From positions 1 to 63,288 of the forward strand of contig JAWOBX010000047.1 in assembly GCA_046484125.1 (NCBI GenBank): DNA of 63,288 nt, written 5' to 3'. Origin of the DNA: Dehalococcoidia bacterium. Its GTDB lineage: Bacteria; Chloroflexota; Dehalococcoidia; SZUA-161; SpSt-899. Below the pieces are notes generated by a model that worked only from the letters and a program-made list of their open reading frames with translations, was not told the origin of the DNA and did not search any database. The stretch's first letter is position 1. Every line of letters begins with the position of its first letter. Position numbers and translations under genes: made by a program. Below, in pieces: positions 29,850-39,856 of the stretch.

Positions 29850-30965
29850 CTATTGCGCATTCACCGGCCACCCGCTGAGCAATTTTGCTGATAGCCTCGA
29901 ATTATCACCCTTTCTAACAAGCCGCGGCTTTTCGCCACTTAGTTCGTAGATTAGAAATATCGGCGCGTTGCCGAAATGCAAGTCAACCATTCCGTCAGGT
30001 GTCGAGCTGGTTAGAGCGACTGTATGCGCGGGGGTTTCCGATTTGGATTCGGTAATGGGGGCGGGTTTGAAGAACTCTTGCGAGAGGTCTTTCCCCAGCA
30101 GGCCTATCGCGTCTGCCCTGCATTGCCGGCAATGCCGCATCTGTCGGATGTATTGTGATGCTTCATCCTGCGCCTGTTTTCGCTCCTTTGCGGCAGGTGG
30201 CTTTAGATGTGCGAACTTGTATTGAGGAATCAGCGGCATGATGTTTTGCATGAAAGCACCAAGCTCACTGGCTTTTTGTGCTATGGCGGTCATGTGATGA
30301 TCGTTTACACCTGGTATCATCACGGAATTGACCTTGACCAGCATTCCTTTTTCAACCGCCATCATTATTCCGTCCAGTTGTCTGGAGAGGATCAGCTCTG
30401 CCCCCTCAATCCCGCGGTAGTATTTGTCCTCGTAGTATACCCAGGAATAGATTTCGGCCCCTACCTTTGGGTCAACGGCGCTCATGGTTACGGTAACCGT
30501 ATCCACTCCCAGTTCATGCAGAATGTCTACTCTGTCAGGGAGCAAGAGTCCGTTGGAACTTACACAAAGGTGAAGCCCGGGGAAGGCATCCCTTGCCAGC
30601 CGGAACGTCTTAATTGTTGCTTCATTGAAAAGAGATTCTCCCGGTCCGGCAATCCCGATTGTGCATATGTTATCAAACCTGTCCGTTATCTGCCGCACTC
30701 TTTCCAGGGCTCCTTCCGGACTCAAAACCTGGCTGGTGACACCGGGCCGGCTTTCGTTGACGCAATCGAAATCCCTGAGGCAGAAATTGCATTGTACATT
30801 GCATTCAGGGGCTACAGCCAGATGAATACGCCCGAACACACGGGACGCCTCCCTGTTGAAGCAAGGCTGTCTGGCTATTTTCCTTTTTATTTGCGGATCA
30901 AGGCTTTCCTGAGCTATGTCGGTACCACAACCTCCACAGGAAAGCGGCTCAGGTGAATCGCTCAT
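29850..30965 (-). CDS. NifB-like radical SAM protein with short C-terminal NifX/NifB-type domain
   Basis: HLAVAPECNVQCNFCLRDFDCVNESRPGVTSQVLSPE closely matches the NifB AVAPxCNxxCxYCxRKxDCxNExRPGV signature. The C-terminus is VDLHFGNAPIFLIYE. Confidence 0.7.
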   Translation of the reverse strand: MSDSPEPLSCGGCGTDIAQESLDPQIKRKIARQPCFNREASRVFGRIHLAVAPECNVQCNFCLRDFDCVNESRPGVTSQVLSPEGALERVRQITDRFDNICTIGIAGPGESLFNEATIKTFRLARDAFPGLHLCVSSNGLLLPDRVDILHELGVDTVTVTMSAVDPKVGAEIYSWVYYEDKYYRGIEGAELILSRQLDGIMMAVEKGMLVKVNSVMIPGVNDHHMTAIAQKASELGAFMQNIMPLIPQYKFAHLKPPAAKERKQAQDEASQYIRQMRHCRQCRADAIGLLGKDLSQEFFKPAPITESKSETPAHTVALTSSTPDGMVDLHFGNAPIFLIYELSGEKPRLVRKGDNSRLSAKLLSGWPVNAQ

Positions 30966-31037
30966 TTTGCTCCTCTCAGCTCTGTCGTGTGCAAGTCCCT
31001 TTATCCAAACGAGTCAATATCATGATAACATATATGG

Positions 31038-31111
31038 AAAATCAAACTCCCAACGATCCCCTGTTACACCCAATTTTAAGCCGGGGACCTCACCGGGTTC
31101 CTTAAGTCACC
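31038..31111 (+). repeat. Family-1 repeat, degenerate copy G
   Basis: aaaaTCAAACTCCCAACGATCCCCtgttaCACCCAATTTTAAGCCGGGG...cttAAGTCACC. Confidence 0.5.
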
Positions 31112-31116
31112 ACATT

Positions 31117-33747
31117 TCAAACATAACCGCTGGGATTTTGATCGAACTGATTTTTACAGCTGCCATCACAGAAACAATATGTATTTCCGGCGTAATCGCT
31201 GGTGAATGTTGATGATTGCCCGGGCATTCGCGTGCCGCACACCGGATCCCTTGTAACGGCCGTACTGGCTGTAACGCCTGATTTTTCAGCAGGCATAGAC
31301 CCACCTGATTTTGGGGTAAATCTCCGTAGTCGGAGTGAATTGGAGATGACTGACACCGAGCTGAACGCCATGGCGAGGGCCGCATAGACCGGACTGAGCA
31401 GGATCCCCCAGGTGGGATATAGAATTCCAGCGGCAACCGGAATTCCCATGGAATTGTAAAAGAAAGCCCAGAATAGATTCTGCTTGATCGTACGCATAGT
31501 CTGCCTGCTCAGATCCATCGCCGCAACCACGCCACGAAGGTCGTCCCTGATCAGTGTGATGTCCGAGGCCTCCATAGCCACATCGGTGCCCGTCCCGATG
31601 GCAATGCCGATATCGGCCTGAACAAGTGCCGGCGCATCGTTAATCCCATCGCCCACCATTGCGACAAATTTCCCTTCGTCCTGTAATCGTTTTATCTCGT
31701 CCGCCTTCCCTTCGGGCATTACCTCGGCTAAAACCCGGTCAACTCCGACCTCACGGCCGATGGCTTCCGCGGTCAGCCTGGAATCACCGCTCATTATGGC
31801 CACCTCAAGGCCCATATGATGTAATCGATCAATCGCCTCGGCTGAATGTTCCTTAAGTGTATCGGCTACCGCGATGATACCTGCCGCCTTTCCATCCACG
31901 GCCATCGTCATTAGCGTCTTTCCCTCACTGGCAAGACGCTCGAACGGTACCTGGAGTTCCGCAACAGGAATTCCCTCTTCCTCAAGAAATCTCAGGTTTC
32001 CCAACAGGATAGCTCTCTCGCCCGCCCGGGCTCGAATACCCCTTCCAGGAACGGCCTCAAAATGGCTGACCTCCGTAATATCTATTCCTTTACTAATGGC
32101 CTCGTTTAAAATCGCTTCACCCAGGGGATGTTCAGAGCCACGCTCGGCCGAGGCTGCCAGCCTGAGCACGGCCTCGCTACTCATTTCGCTAAAGGGGAGT
32201 ACGTCTGTTACAACAGGCGCACCCCTGGTTAATGTCCCGGTTTTGTCGAAAACCACAGTATCTATTCTGTGAGTCGTCTCCAGGCTTTCTCCCCCTTTGA
32301 ACAATATGCCAGACTCCGCTCCCTTGCCAGTACCAACCATGATCGCCGTCGGTGTCGCGAGCCCCAGAGCGCACGGACATGCTATGATGAGCACTGCAAC
32401 AAAAGCTAACAGTGAGAATGGGAAACTTTCAGGGGTGACAAAAAACCACATCAGAAAGGTGACCATTCCTATAACAGCAACGGTCGGCACGAAAACACCT
32501 GCCACTTTATCAGCGAGCCTCTGTACCGGAGCCTTCGAACCCTGCGCGTCCTGGATAAGCCGGATTATCTGTGCCAGCGCGGTATCCCTTCCCACCCTGG
32601 TGGCCTCGAACTTGAAACTTCCGGTCTTATTGATCGTAGATCCGATCACCTCGCTGCCGGTTTGCTTTTCCACCGGAATGCTCTCGCCTGTGATCATGGA
32701 TTCGTCTACTGCGGAATACCCTTCTCGAATGATTCCATCAACGGGTATTTTCTCACCTGGTCTTACCAGTAACAAATCACCTATCTGAACCTCATCAACC
32801 GGAACATCAATTTCACCACCATCCCGGAAGACCCGGGCGGTATTTGGGCGGAGCCCCATCAGCTTCCTGATCGAATCGGATGTCCTGCCTCTGGCGCGGG
32901 CCTCGAGCAGCCTTCCAAAGAGTATGAGGGTAATAATCATGGCCGCGGTATCGTAGTAAACTTCGAGCGATTGGCCCGAGGTCGATATGGAAGCGGGAAA
33001 GAAGGTGACGGCGAAACTGTAGAAGAACGCAGCCGATGTACCTACGGAGACCAGGGTGTTCATATCCGAGGTTTTACGCTTCAGAGCGGAGATGAATCCT
33101 TTATGGAACTGCAAGCCCGCCCAGAATTGAACCGGCACGCAGAGAACGAACAGGATATAGAACATGGTCTGCCTGGAGATTTCATCCAGCAATGGTAACT
33201 GCTCGTATCTGCCCAGAACCATTATCAGTACGGCAAAGACAGCGCTTACGATGAACCTGGTCTTTGAGCGGCGATATTCGGCCTCCCGTGCTTCCTGCTC
33301 AATATCCCTCTGACCATTTTCCGGAGGCAGCTCAAGCGGTGTGAATCCCGTCGATGAAATCGCCTGTTTCAGTTCTGCGGGACCGATCATTTCAGTCAAG
33401 TAATCTACGGTTGCCCGCTCTGTGGCGAGATTGACGCTGGCGGAGATTACCCCATCGAGATTATTGAGGGCCTGTTCCACACTATTGACACAAGCGGCGC
33501 AGTGCATTCCCTGAATAGGGATGGTGACCTTAGCGGTTCGGGGCTGGTATCCAAGCTCCGCGATCCTGTCAGCCAGCAGTTTCGCGTTCACTGTTCTGGG
33601 GTCATAGCGCACAGTGGCGCGCTCCGTGGCCAGATTGACAGAGGTATCTATTACCCCGGAGACGCGGGATAACCCTTTCTCAATGCTGGCGGCACATGCG
33701 GCACAGTGCATTCCACCAATAGGAATTTCAATCTTTTTCTCAACCAT
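31117..33747 (-). CDS. copA: Copper-translocating P1B-type ATPase with two N-terminal HMA domains and a C-terminal TRASH/YHS-like domain
   Basis: 2x GMHCAACxxS, CPC in [18 protein letters not shown] and GDGINDAP. The C-terminus is DPVCGTRM...[12 protein letters not shown]. Confidence 0.93.
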   Translation of the reverse strand: MVEKKIEIPIGGMHCAACAASIEKGLSRVSGVIDTSVNLATERATVRYDPRTVNAKLLADRIAELGYQPRTAKVTIPIQGMHCAACVNSVEQALNNLDGVISASVNLATERATVDYLTEMIGPAELKQAISSTGFTPLELPPENGQRDIEQEAREAEYRRSKTRFIVSAVFAVLIMVLGRYEQLPLLDEISRQTMFYILFVLCVPVQFWAGLQFHKGFISALKRKTSDMNTLVSVGTSAAFFYSFAVTFFPASISTSGQSLEVYYDTAAMIITLILFGRLLEARARGRTSDSIRKLMGLRPNTARVFRDGGEIDVPVDEVQIGDLLLVRPGEKIPVDGIIREGYSAVDESMITGESIPVEKQTGSEVIGSTINKTGSFKFEATRVGRDTALAQIIRLIQDAQGSKAPVQRLADKVAGVFVPTVAVIGMVTFLMWFFVTPESFPFSLLAFVAVLIIACPCALGLATPTAIMVGTGKGAESGILFKGGESLETTHRIDTVVFDKTGTLTRGAPVVTDVLPFSEMSSEAVLRLAASAERGSEHPLGEAILNEAISKGIDITEVSHFEAVPGRGIRARAGERAILLGNLRFLEEEGIPVAELQVPFERLASEGKTLMTMAVDGKAAGIIAVADTLKEHSAEAIDRLHHMGLEVAIMSGDSRLTAEAIGREVGVDRVLAEVMPEGKADEIKRLQDEGKFVAMVGDGINDAPALVQADIGIAIGTGTDVAMEASDITLIRDDLRGVVAAMDLSRQTMRTIKQNLFWAFFYNSMGIPVAAGILYPTWGILLSPVYAALAMAFSSVSVISNSLRLRRFTPKSGGSMPAEKSGVTASTAVTRDPVCGTRMPGQSSTFTSDYAGNTYCFCDGSCKNQFDQNPSGYV

Positions 33748-33783
33748 TTTCTTGTATTCGGATTCTGGTTCTTTGCCGGAAAT

Positions 33784-33816
33784 CCTGTATGCGAGAATCC
33801 ACTTCTCGCATACAGG
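33784..33816. promoter_or_regulatory. Perfect 14-bp inverted repeat between desulforedoxin and copA (operator or terminator)
   Basis: CCTGTATGCGAGAA-tccac-TTCTCGCATACAGG, about 37 nt upstream of the copA ATG and 34 nt downstream of the dx stop. Confidence 0.5.
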
Positions 33817-33849
33817 TCTGATTAAGCTACCCGGTTGGCATGGCCGGGG

Positions 33850-33975
33850 TTAGCCTTCAACCAGTTTCATGTTCTTCCCGCAACAAACAAGCGTACCACC
33901 ACCCACCTTGCTTACCACCACTTCGTTTCCGCATATGTTGCAGACATACCTCTCGCCCTCTTTTTTAACCGCCAT
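33850..33975 (-). CDS. Desulforedoxin (41 aa, below the ORF-track size cutoff)
   Basis: My translation is MAVKKEGERYVCNICGNEVVVSKVGGGTLVCCGKNMKLVEG, giving the CxxC...CC desulforedoxin pattern. GGAGG lies 6 nt upstream. Confidence 0.85.
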   Translation of the reverse strand: MAVKKEGERYVCNICGNEVVVSKVGGGTLVCCGKNMKLVEG

Positions 33976-33986
33976 TTCTTACCTCC

Positions 33987-34565
33987 TTAAGATTCTACTG
34001 CAAAGCGTTTCCCGGCCTCGAAAGCGTCTTCCAGAGCAGTGGGATGCTCCTTTATCGCGCCTTTGGCATCTATTTGTGAGTAGGTTGCCTCGTCAACGAG
34101 CTTAGCGTCGATGACAATGAACCAGCTCTTGATTGTGGTTCTGGCACCGTCGAACAGGTTTTTGAACTTCGTTCCCCCGACGGAGATGAAAAAGCCCTTG
34201 CGGGACCCACCGGCATTAAGAGCTACGGGTTGTTTAAGAACGTATTTAAGTGCCCAGAGAGCCTGACATCGATCTATCATGGCCTTTGTCTGGGCGGTTA
34301 GTCCCATAAAAAACATGGGGGAGGCTATGACTATGACGTCCGCCTCTCTCAGTCTGGGATAGATTGATTGCATGTCGTCGTCTATGACACACTTACCTTC
34401 TTTCAAGCACCCGTCACAGTGCCGGCATGGTTCAATATGCATTTCGCACAGCACTATTTTCTCGACGTGTGCTCCGGCGCTTTTCGCTCCCTCCAGGGAA
34501 CGTTCCAGAAGAATATCGGTATTTCCCCCGCGACGAGGGCTGCCGGCTATGCCAACTATCTTCAC
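33987..34565 (-). CDS. Iron-sulfur flavoprotein / NADPH-dependent FMN reductase family
   Basis: MKIVGIAGSPRRGGNT plus a compact Cys cluster CEMHIEPCRHCDGCLKEGKC. Confidence 0.8.
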   Translation of the reverse strand: MKIVGIAGSPRRGGNTDILLERSLEGAKSAGAHVEKIVLCEMHIEPCRHCDGCLKEGKCVIDDDMQSIYPRLREADVIVIASPMFFMGLTAQTKAMIDRCQALWALKYVLKQPVALNAGGSRKGFFISVGGTKFKNLFDGARTTIKSWFIVIDAKLVDEATYSQIDAKGAIKEHPTALEDAFEAGKRFAVES

Positions 34566-34582
34566 TGTTTACTACCTCAAAA

Positions 34583-34825
34583 TCAAATTCCCAGCTTCTC
34601 CTTCAGAAGCGGCTGGTTAAAGCCTACCACCACATCATCACCTATCACAATAACCGGCACACCCATTTGCCCGGAGACATTTATCATCTTTTCACGGGCA
34701 TTTTGGTCTTCAAGAACATCGAAGTTGGTAAAAGGGATTCCGTTATCGATAAGCCACCGCTTTGCCCTTTTGCAATGGGGGCACGTTGAAGCCGAGTACA
34801 TCAGGATACCATTGATCTGGTTCAA
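34583..34825 (-). CDS. Glutaredoxin-like protein (NrdH/YruB type)
   Basis: CPHC active site, with VPVIVIGDDVVVGF. Confidence 0.8.
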   Translation of the reverse strand: MNQINGILMYSASTCPHCKRAKRWLIDNGIPFTNFDVLEDQNAREKMINVSGQMGVPVIVIGDDVVVGFNQPLLKEKLGI

Positions 34826-34916
34826 TTTATCTCCTTTAAGGGCGATTTTATTATCGCTTCAATCCGCGGAATGTGATTTTTATCACATTGGCTTGAAAAT
34901 GTTCGCAATCCTGGGG

Positions 34917-34998
34917 AAATCTCTTATTGAACCCCCTCTTTCCCCAATCCCGGGAATATTTTTAAGCGGAAGGAACACCCTGACATCAAGAAGTCACC
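34917..34998 (+). repeat. Family-1 repeat, degenerate copy F
   Basis: gaaATCTCTTATTGAACCCCCTCTTTCCCCAATCCCGGGaat...caAGAAGTCACC. Confidence 0.55.
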
Positions 34999-35005
34999 AC
35001 TTGCT

Positions 35006-35545
35006 TCAATAGGTTCCTTTGTAACGTTTCTTAAGTGCCGCTATAATTGCGCTGTTGAACCTGGGAATATCGGCCGCTTTGCGCGAAGTTATGATGTTAC
35101 CATCCTGGACCACTGGTTTGTCCACCCAGTCAGCACCGGCATTGACCAGGTCAACAGATACTGATGGCCAGGAAGTAACCTTTCGACCCCTGATAATATC
35201 CGCTGATATCAACATCTGAGGTCCGTGGCATATGGCTGCTATGATCCTATCCTCCCTGTCGGCCTCCTTCACCAGGTTTACCATTGAGACATACATGCGC
35301 ATTTTGTCGGGTGCATATCCGCCGGGGATGACGATAACATCGAATTCGGAAGCACTTACTTCATCAGCGGACACGTCTGACCTGATCTTTACCCGGTGCC
35401 TTTTGCCTCTGTAAGACCTGTTTGACTGGCTTCCGACTATAATTACCTTGATTCCGGCGTCTTTCAATGCTCTCATGGGTTCAGTAAGCTCAGCGTCATC
35501 AAAATCCTCTTCAACAAGTATAGCCGCCCGATTACCCATAAGCAT
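35006..35545 (-). CDS. DJ-1/PfpI family protein
   Basis: AAICHGPQML nucleophile elbow. ATG 35545 is preceded by GGAGGAAG; the track start at 35659 is an extension. Confidence 0.88.
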   Translation of the reverse strand: MLMGNRAAILVEEDFDDAELTEPMRALKDAGIKVIIVGSQSNRSYRGKRHRVKIRSDVSADEVSASEFDVIVIPGGYAPDKMRMYVSMVNLVKEADREDRIIAAICHGPQMLISADIIRGRKVTSWPSVSVDLVNAGADWVDKPVVQDGNIITSRKAADIPRFNSAIIAALKKRYKGTY

Positions 35546-35700
35546 GTTCACTTCCTCCGGCCCTCTTAAGGCACCCTTATTTAAATGGTATACGATTGCA
35601 TATTTAGTAATCATAAAAGGGAGCCCTAAAAATATTACAGATTTGTAACATTCCTTCACACCCGTATGCTGCCGTTGACGCTTCTATCCAAAAATGCTCT

Positions 35701-35822
35701 GCGATGATCTTTTTAACTCATCGCTTCACTTACCTGTGTCGGGAGCGCGGTGGAAAAAGTGGATTCTATACAATTGATATCTGCCAGAGCCCGGTTATTT
35801 AGGGGAAGTTACACCACATTGG
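35701..35822 (+). repeat. Family-2 conserved element, copy 2
   Basis: GCGATGA-tctttttaac-TCATCGC TTCACTT ... TATACAATTGATATCTGCCAGAGCCCGGTTATTTAGGGGAAGTTACAC. The stem differs from copy 1 by two compensatory pairs. Confidence 0.6.
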
Positions 35823-36001
35823 CGTTACAGGACCGGCAAAAACCTCAATACTCCAGAAGCAACCGAAATTTTAGCAACGGTCCTTTAAACGCAACCCATA
35901 GAAAAACGCACAAATGAGCGGTGATAAAGGTCACATACATCAGTGAGCTTCATCGGCGAGAATAATTGCGTGAAGTTTTTAACGCAGGTAAGGTGGTAAT
36001 T

Positions 36002-36226
36002 ATGAGAGAAGAGAATTCGGCGCGCGAAACGCTGCACAGGGAGAATGTGATGTGTCCCGGTTGCGGAAGAACATTGAGGCTGGATATGTGCCTTTCCCGA
36101 ATGGAGGGTATATTATACATATGGTTTGAAGGGCTCTGTCCCGATTGCTGTCACAAGATCGTCGATCCCATGCCAAGGGCTATGGTGAACGTGGATGAAC
36201 ATCTATGGAAACTTATATCCAATTGA
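36002..36226 (+). CDS. Small zinc-ribbon-like hypothetical protein
   Basis: CPGCG...CPDCC; AAGGTGG RBS upstream of ATG 36002. Confidence 0.4.
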   Translation: MREENSARETLHRENVMCPGCGRTLRLDMCLSRMEGILYIWFEGLCPDCCHKIVDPMPRAMVNVDEHLWKLISN

Positions 36227-36256
36227 GAGCGGATTGACTCTCAGCTCCTGGAGTGC

Positions 36257-36952
36257 TCACGGCGCTTCGATCATGTATCCCACTTTGGGTATGGTGGAGA
36301 TGATCCTGGGAGCGTCCGGGCCGATTTCGAGCTTGGCTCTTAAACGGCTCACCCAGGTACGTAGAATCTGTACGTCATCCCGGTATTCAGGCCCCCACAC
36401 TGTTGTCAGCAGTTCCTCGTAAGTCATCAGCCGGCCCGCGTTTTGAGCGAGCTTGCTGAGGAGAAGCCATTCGATACGTGTTAGATTCGTTTTGTTATCT
36501 CCAACGGAGACACGGCATTTCTCCAGGTCTATCGACACGTTTCCAATAGCGAGGCATTTTACCGGCCCTGTTCTATCACTACCTTCTGACCGGCGCTTAA
36601 CCGCCTCGATTCTGGCGACCAGTTCTTCCGGATTGAAAGGCTTGGCCAGATAATCATCAGCGCCCAGCATCAGGCCCTTGACTTTATCGGTGTCGTCACC
36701 CCTGGCGCTGAGCACGATTACAGGTATCGAGGAAAAGCTTCGCAATTCCTTTAAAGTCTCAAACCCGTCCATACCCGGCATGATAATATCCAGAACCATC
36801 ATATCCGGCTCTTGAGCACGGGTCAGTTCCAGGGCTTCCTTTCCATTATCAGCGGTCATTACCTCATATCCGGAGGCCCGTAATTTCGAGGTGAGGAAGG
36901 TTAGAATTCGCCTCTCGTCATCGACTGCCAGTATACGAAATCTTCTGGTCAA
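36257..36952 (-). CDS. OmpR-family response regulator
   Basis: Receiver domain (ILAVDDE...MVLDIIMPGMDG) plus a winged-helix C-terminus (RLRAKLE..I.T..GYM). Confidence 0.93.
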   Translation of the reverse strand: MTRRFRILAVDDERRILTFLTSKLRASGYEVMTADNGKEALELTRAQEPDMMVLDIIMPGMDGFETLKELRSFSSIPVIVLSARGDDTDKVKGLMLGADDYLAKPFNPEELVARIEAVKRRSEGSDRTGPVKCLAIGNVSIDLEKCRVSVGDNKTNLTRIEWLLLSKLAQNAGRLMTYEELLTTVWGPEYRDDVQILRTWVSRLRAKLEIGPDAPRIISTIPKVGYMIEAP

Positions 36953-37041
36953 GGCGCGCTCCCGAGTAAACTTGCTTGGACTTTATAATAGGCATATTAT
37001 CGGTGGATGTCAAAGTGGGTCGGATTTAATTGTCTTGAGTG

Positions 37042-37070
37042 TTGACCGGTGTATTTTGGCGGAATATAAT
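37042..37070 (+). promoter_or_regulatory. Near-consensus sigma70 promoter for the histidine kinase gene
   Basis: TTGACC (37042-37047), 17 nt, TATAAT (37065-37070), 32 nt before ATG 37102. Confidence 0.5.
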
Positions 37071-37101
37071 CAACAGCAGTCTCTGAAGGCCGGAACAAGA
37101 T

Positions 37102-38598
37102 ATGATCAATCCAGGAGATATAAACGCCGGTGAGTTGTTGACCGTATTGGAGAACTTACCCGCGATCGCTATATTACTCGATGAGAAGGGGTGGGTAAGG
37201 TTTGGCAATAGCGCTTTTGCCGGGAGCACAGGCCGTTACCGTGATGGGTTCGAGGGGAGGTGTGGTGGAGAAGCTTTACAGTGCGTTAACGCGATCGGAA
37301 AACCGGATAATTCTGGTTTCGTGCTGAAATGCCACGAATGTGCGGTTCGAACAGCGGTGATGAATACAATCAATAATGGGGAGAAAGTTTCCAGGGTTGA
37401 AGCGTTAATCTATGTGGATCGAGGTAATGGGGCAGAAGAGCTCTCGGGACTTATTTCAACCAGTACTCTGAGTGTGGCGGGTGAAAATATAGTGCTGTTG
37501 TGTGTTGATGATATTACGGAACGCAGGCAGGTCGAGGATGCCCTCAGGAGGAGTGAGGAACGCTACGCTCTGGCTCAGCAATCAGCGGATATCGGTAGCT
37601 GGGACTGGGAAATACCCAGCGGCAAACTGGAATGGTCCGAGCGGATAGAGCCCATATTCGGGCTGCCTCGCGGGGGATTCCCGGGGACTTATCAGGCGTT
37701 CCTGGAAAGAATCCATCCTGATGATCTCGCTTATGTTCAGGAATCCGTCGACGCGGCTTTAAATGAGGATGTCGAATACGATATAGATCATCGTATAATC
37801 TGGCCCGATGGCACCATCCGCTGGGTATCGGAAACAGGCAGGGTCTTTCGTGATGAACGAGGCAATCCTGTACGTATGCTCGGGATCGTACAGGATATAA
37901 CTGAGAAAAAGCAGATAGACCAGTTGAAAGACGAGTTTATTGGACTCGTATCCCACGAACTGCGTAATCCCCTGACGGTGATTATCGGTGCCATCAATAC
38001 GGTACTGGAAGAGGGGGAGTTCTTATCCCCTGAGGATACAAATCAATTGCTGGCCGATGCTTCCCTCGAGGCGGATTCGTTATCCCACCTCATCGGCAAT
38101 TTGCTTGAGCTTTCGCGGATACGTTCCAGGCGCTTCATTTTATATCCGGAACCTATTAATATTCAAGAGTTGATAGAGAAGGTTATAGCGAAAATAAAGC
38201 GTAAATGGCCTTTACGCGAAGTGGAGGTGAACATCTCTGGTAATGTGGGTTCGGTAAGGGCTGACCCGTTGAGGGTTGAGCGCGTCCTGTACAACCTCGT
38301 GGAGAATGCCATTAAGTACTCACCTGAGGGAAGCCAGATAAGGATATCAGCGAGTTTGAAAAAATCCAGTGTTGTAATCGGGGTTGAAAACCAGGGTGAC
38401 GGAATATCTTTGGAAGATCAGGCAATTCTGTTTGAGCCCTTCGAAAGACTGCAAAAGCACAGGAGCGATGGTATCACCGGCAGCGGTGTTGGCCTTTCTG
38501 TCTGCCAGAGGCTGGTGGAGGCCCATGGTGGCTACATCTGGGTGGAGTCCTCTCCGGGCCGGGGCTCCACTTTTTACTTCACTCTGCCGCAAAGATGA
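37102..38598 (+). CDS. Soluble sensor histidine kinase: Cys-rich N-terminal sensor domain, PAS, HisKA, HATPase
   Basis: H-box SHELRNPL, N/G boxes present, PAS (ERYALAQQSADIGSWDW). N-terminal domain is RCGGEALQC...KCHECAV. No TM segments. Confidence 0.9.
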   Translation: MINPGDINAGELLTVLENLPAIAILLDEKGWVRFGNSAFAGSTGRYRDGFEGRCGGEALQCVNAIGKPDNSGFVLKCHECAVRTAVMNTINNGEKVSRVEALIYVDRGNGAEELSGLISTSTLSVAGENIVLLCVDDITERRQVEDALRRSEERYALAQQSADIGSWDWEIPSGKLEWSERIEPIFGLPRGGFPGTYQAFLERIHPDDLAYVQESVDAALNEDVEYDIDHRIIWPDGTIRWVSETGRVFRDERGNPVRMLGIVQDITEKKQIDQLKDEFIGLVSHELRNPLTVIIGAINTVLEEGEFLSPEDTNQLLADASLEADSLSHLIGNLLELSRIRSRRFILYPEPINIQELIEKVIAKIKRKWPLREVEVNISGNVGSVRADPLRVERVLYNLVENAIKYSPEGSQIRISASLKKSSVVIGVENQGDGISLEDQAILFEPFERLQKHRSDGITGSGVGLSVCQRLVEAHGGYIWVESSPGRGSTFYFTLPQR

Positions 38599-38633
38599 GC
38601 GGTTAATTGGTGTGGGTCATATCATCCATCGGG

Positions 38634-39833
38634 TTATGGGGGTGCTTTGTTTGCCTCATCTACCCTGAACAAAACAAACCGTGTCGCTATGGGACCGAAG
38701 ATCTCGAACAGAACCGTGGAGGCTATCACAACGGGTAGAACGGTATCTGCGGCATCAGGCATTTTCTGAGATGCCACCAGGGCCATTCCAAGGGCGACGC
38801 CGGCCTGGGGCATTAAAGATGCGCCCATCCATTTACGTATGTAAGGGCTTGAATGGCTCAGGTAGCCCCCTGTCCACGCTCCAAGTATTCGGCCCAGTAT
38901 CCGGAAAACCACATAGCCGGCGCCGACTACGACTATTCCGGATAGCGAATCGATCTCAAGTGAAGCGCCTGCCAGGAGGAAAAAGATGATCATAAACGGC
39001 CAGTCTATACCCTCAATAGCGTGAAAGGGCCTGTGTTGGCGACCGAAGTTGGCAACTACAGCGCCCATGACTATAGCGGCCAATAGGAACGACACCTCGA
39101 GCCATATAGCTATCCCGCCACAGAGGAATACCGCGCCCAGGGCCTCTGCCAGTGTGCGCTCGCCAGGCTTGATCCGGCCACTTAGATAGGCGAGCGGGAT
39201 ACCGAGTATGACGCCGAGTATGAAAGCCCCGCCTATATCCCGTATTCCATCGATCATCAATTCCGCGCTCCCACCATCACCCCCGACCATCTGCGCTGCG
39301 GTGAGCATAACGCTGAACATGAGAAGACCCCACACGTCATCAACTGACACGATTCCCAGCAGGACCCTGGTAAAGCGCCCATCCGCCTTAATCTCACTTA
39401 TTACATCGCTGGTTGCGGCCGGATCGGTGGCCGTAGATATGCCGGCGAGTAGCAGCGCGATAACCAGGGGTTCCCCTATTAGTGCGAGCCCTGCCAGTGT
39501 CACCGTGATGGTGGCAATGACAACGGTAATTGAGATAATCAGTACGGCTTTTCCATGTTCACGCAATGCCGATATCGTCAGCTTTTCACCAAGTAGAAAT
39601 CCAACCATAACAAGCGCGATATCGGCTATAGCTTCGAACCACCTGTCACTCATATCAGGAAGGATATCAAGGGCATGAGGCCCGATGGCAATTCCGAGGA
39701 TTATAAGAAATGTAACCCTGGGGAGAGGGGCGCGACGACCGAGAAAGTCCGTGAAAAGGCCGAGAAGAAGCAGTCCCCCCAGTGTGATCAGGGTGATGCC
39801 TACATCTTCCATTTGCAAGATATCATGGCACAA
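38634..39833 (-). CDS. Cation:proton antiporter (CPA2/Kef-type Na+/H+ exchanger family)
   Basis: About 11-12 TM helices with typical CPA2 sequence character. Confidence 0.75.
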   Translation of the reverse strand: MCHDILQMEDVGITLITLGGLLLLGLFTDFLGRRAPLPRVTFLIILGIAIGPHALDILPDMSDRWFEAIADIALVMVGFLLGEKLTISALREHGKAVLIISITVVIATITVTLAGLALIGEPLVIALLLAGISTATDPAATSDVISEIKADGRFTRVLLGIVSVDDVWGLLMFSVMLTAAQMVGGDGGSAELMIDGIRDIGGAFILGVILGIPLAYLSGRIKPGERTLAEALGAVFLCGGIAIWLEVSFLLAAIVMGAVVANFGRQHRPFHAIEGIDWPFMIIFFLLAGASLEIDSLSGIVVVGAGYVVFRILGRILGAWTGGYLSHSSPYIRKWMGASLMPQAGVALGMALVASQKMPDAADTVLPVVIASTVLFEIFGPIATRFVLFRVDEANKAPP

Positions 39834-39856
39834 ATCGGGGAGAAATGAAAGAGAGA

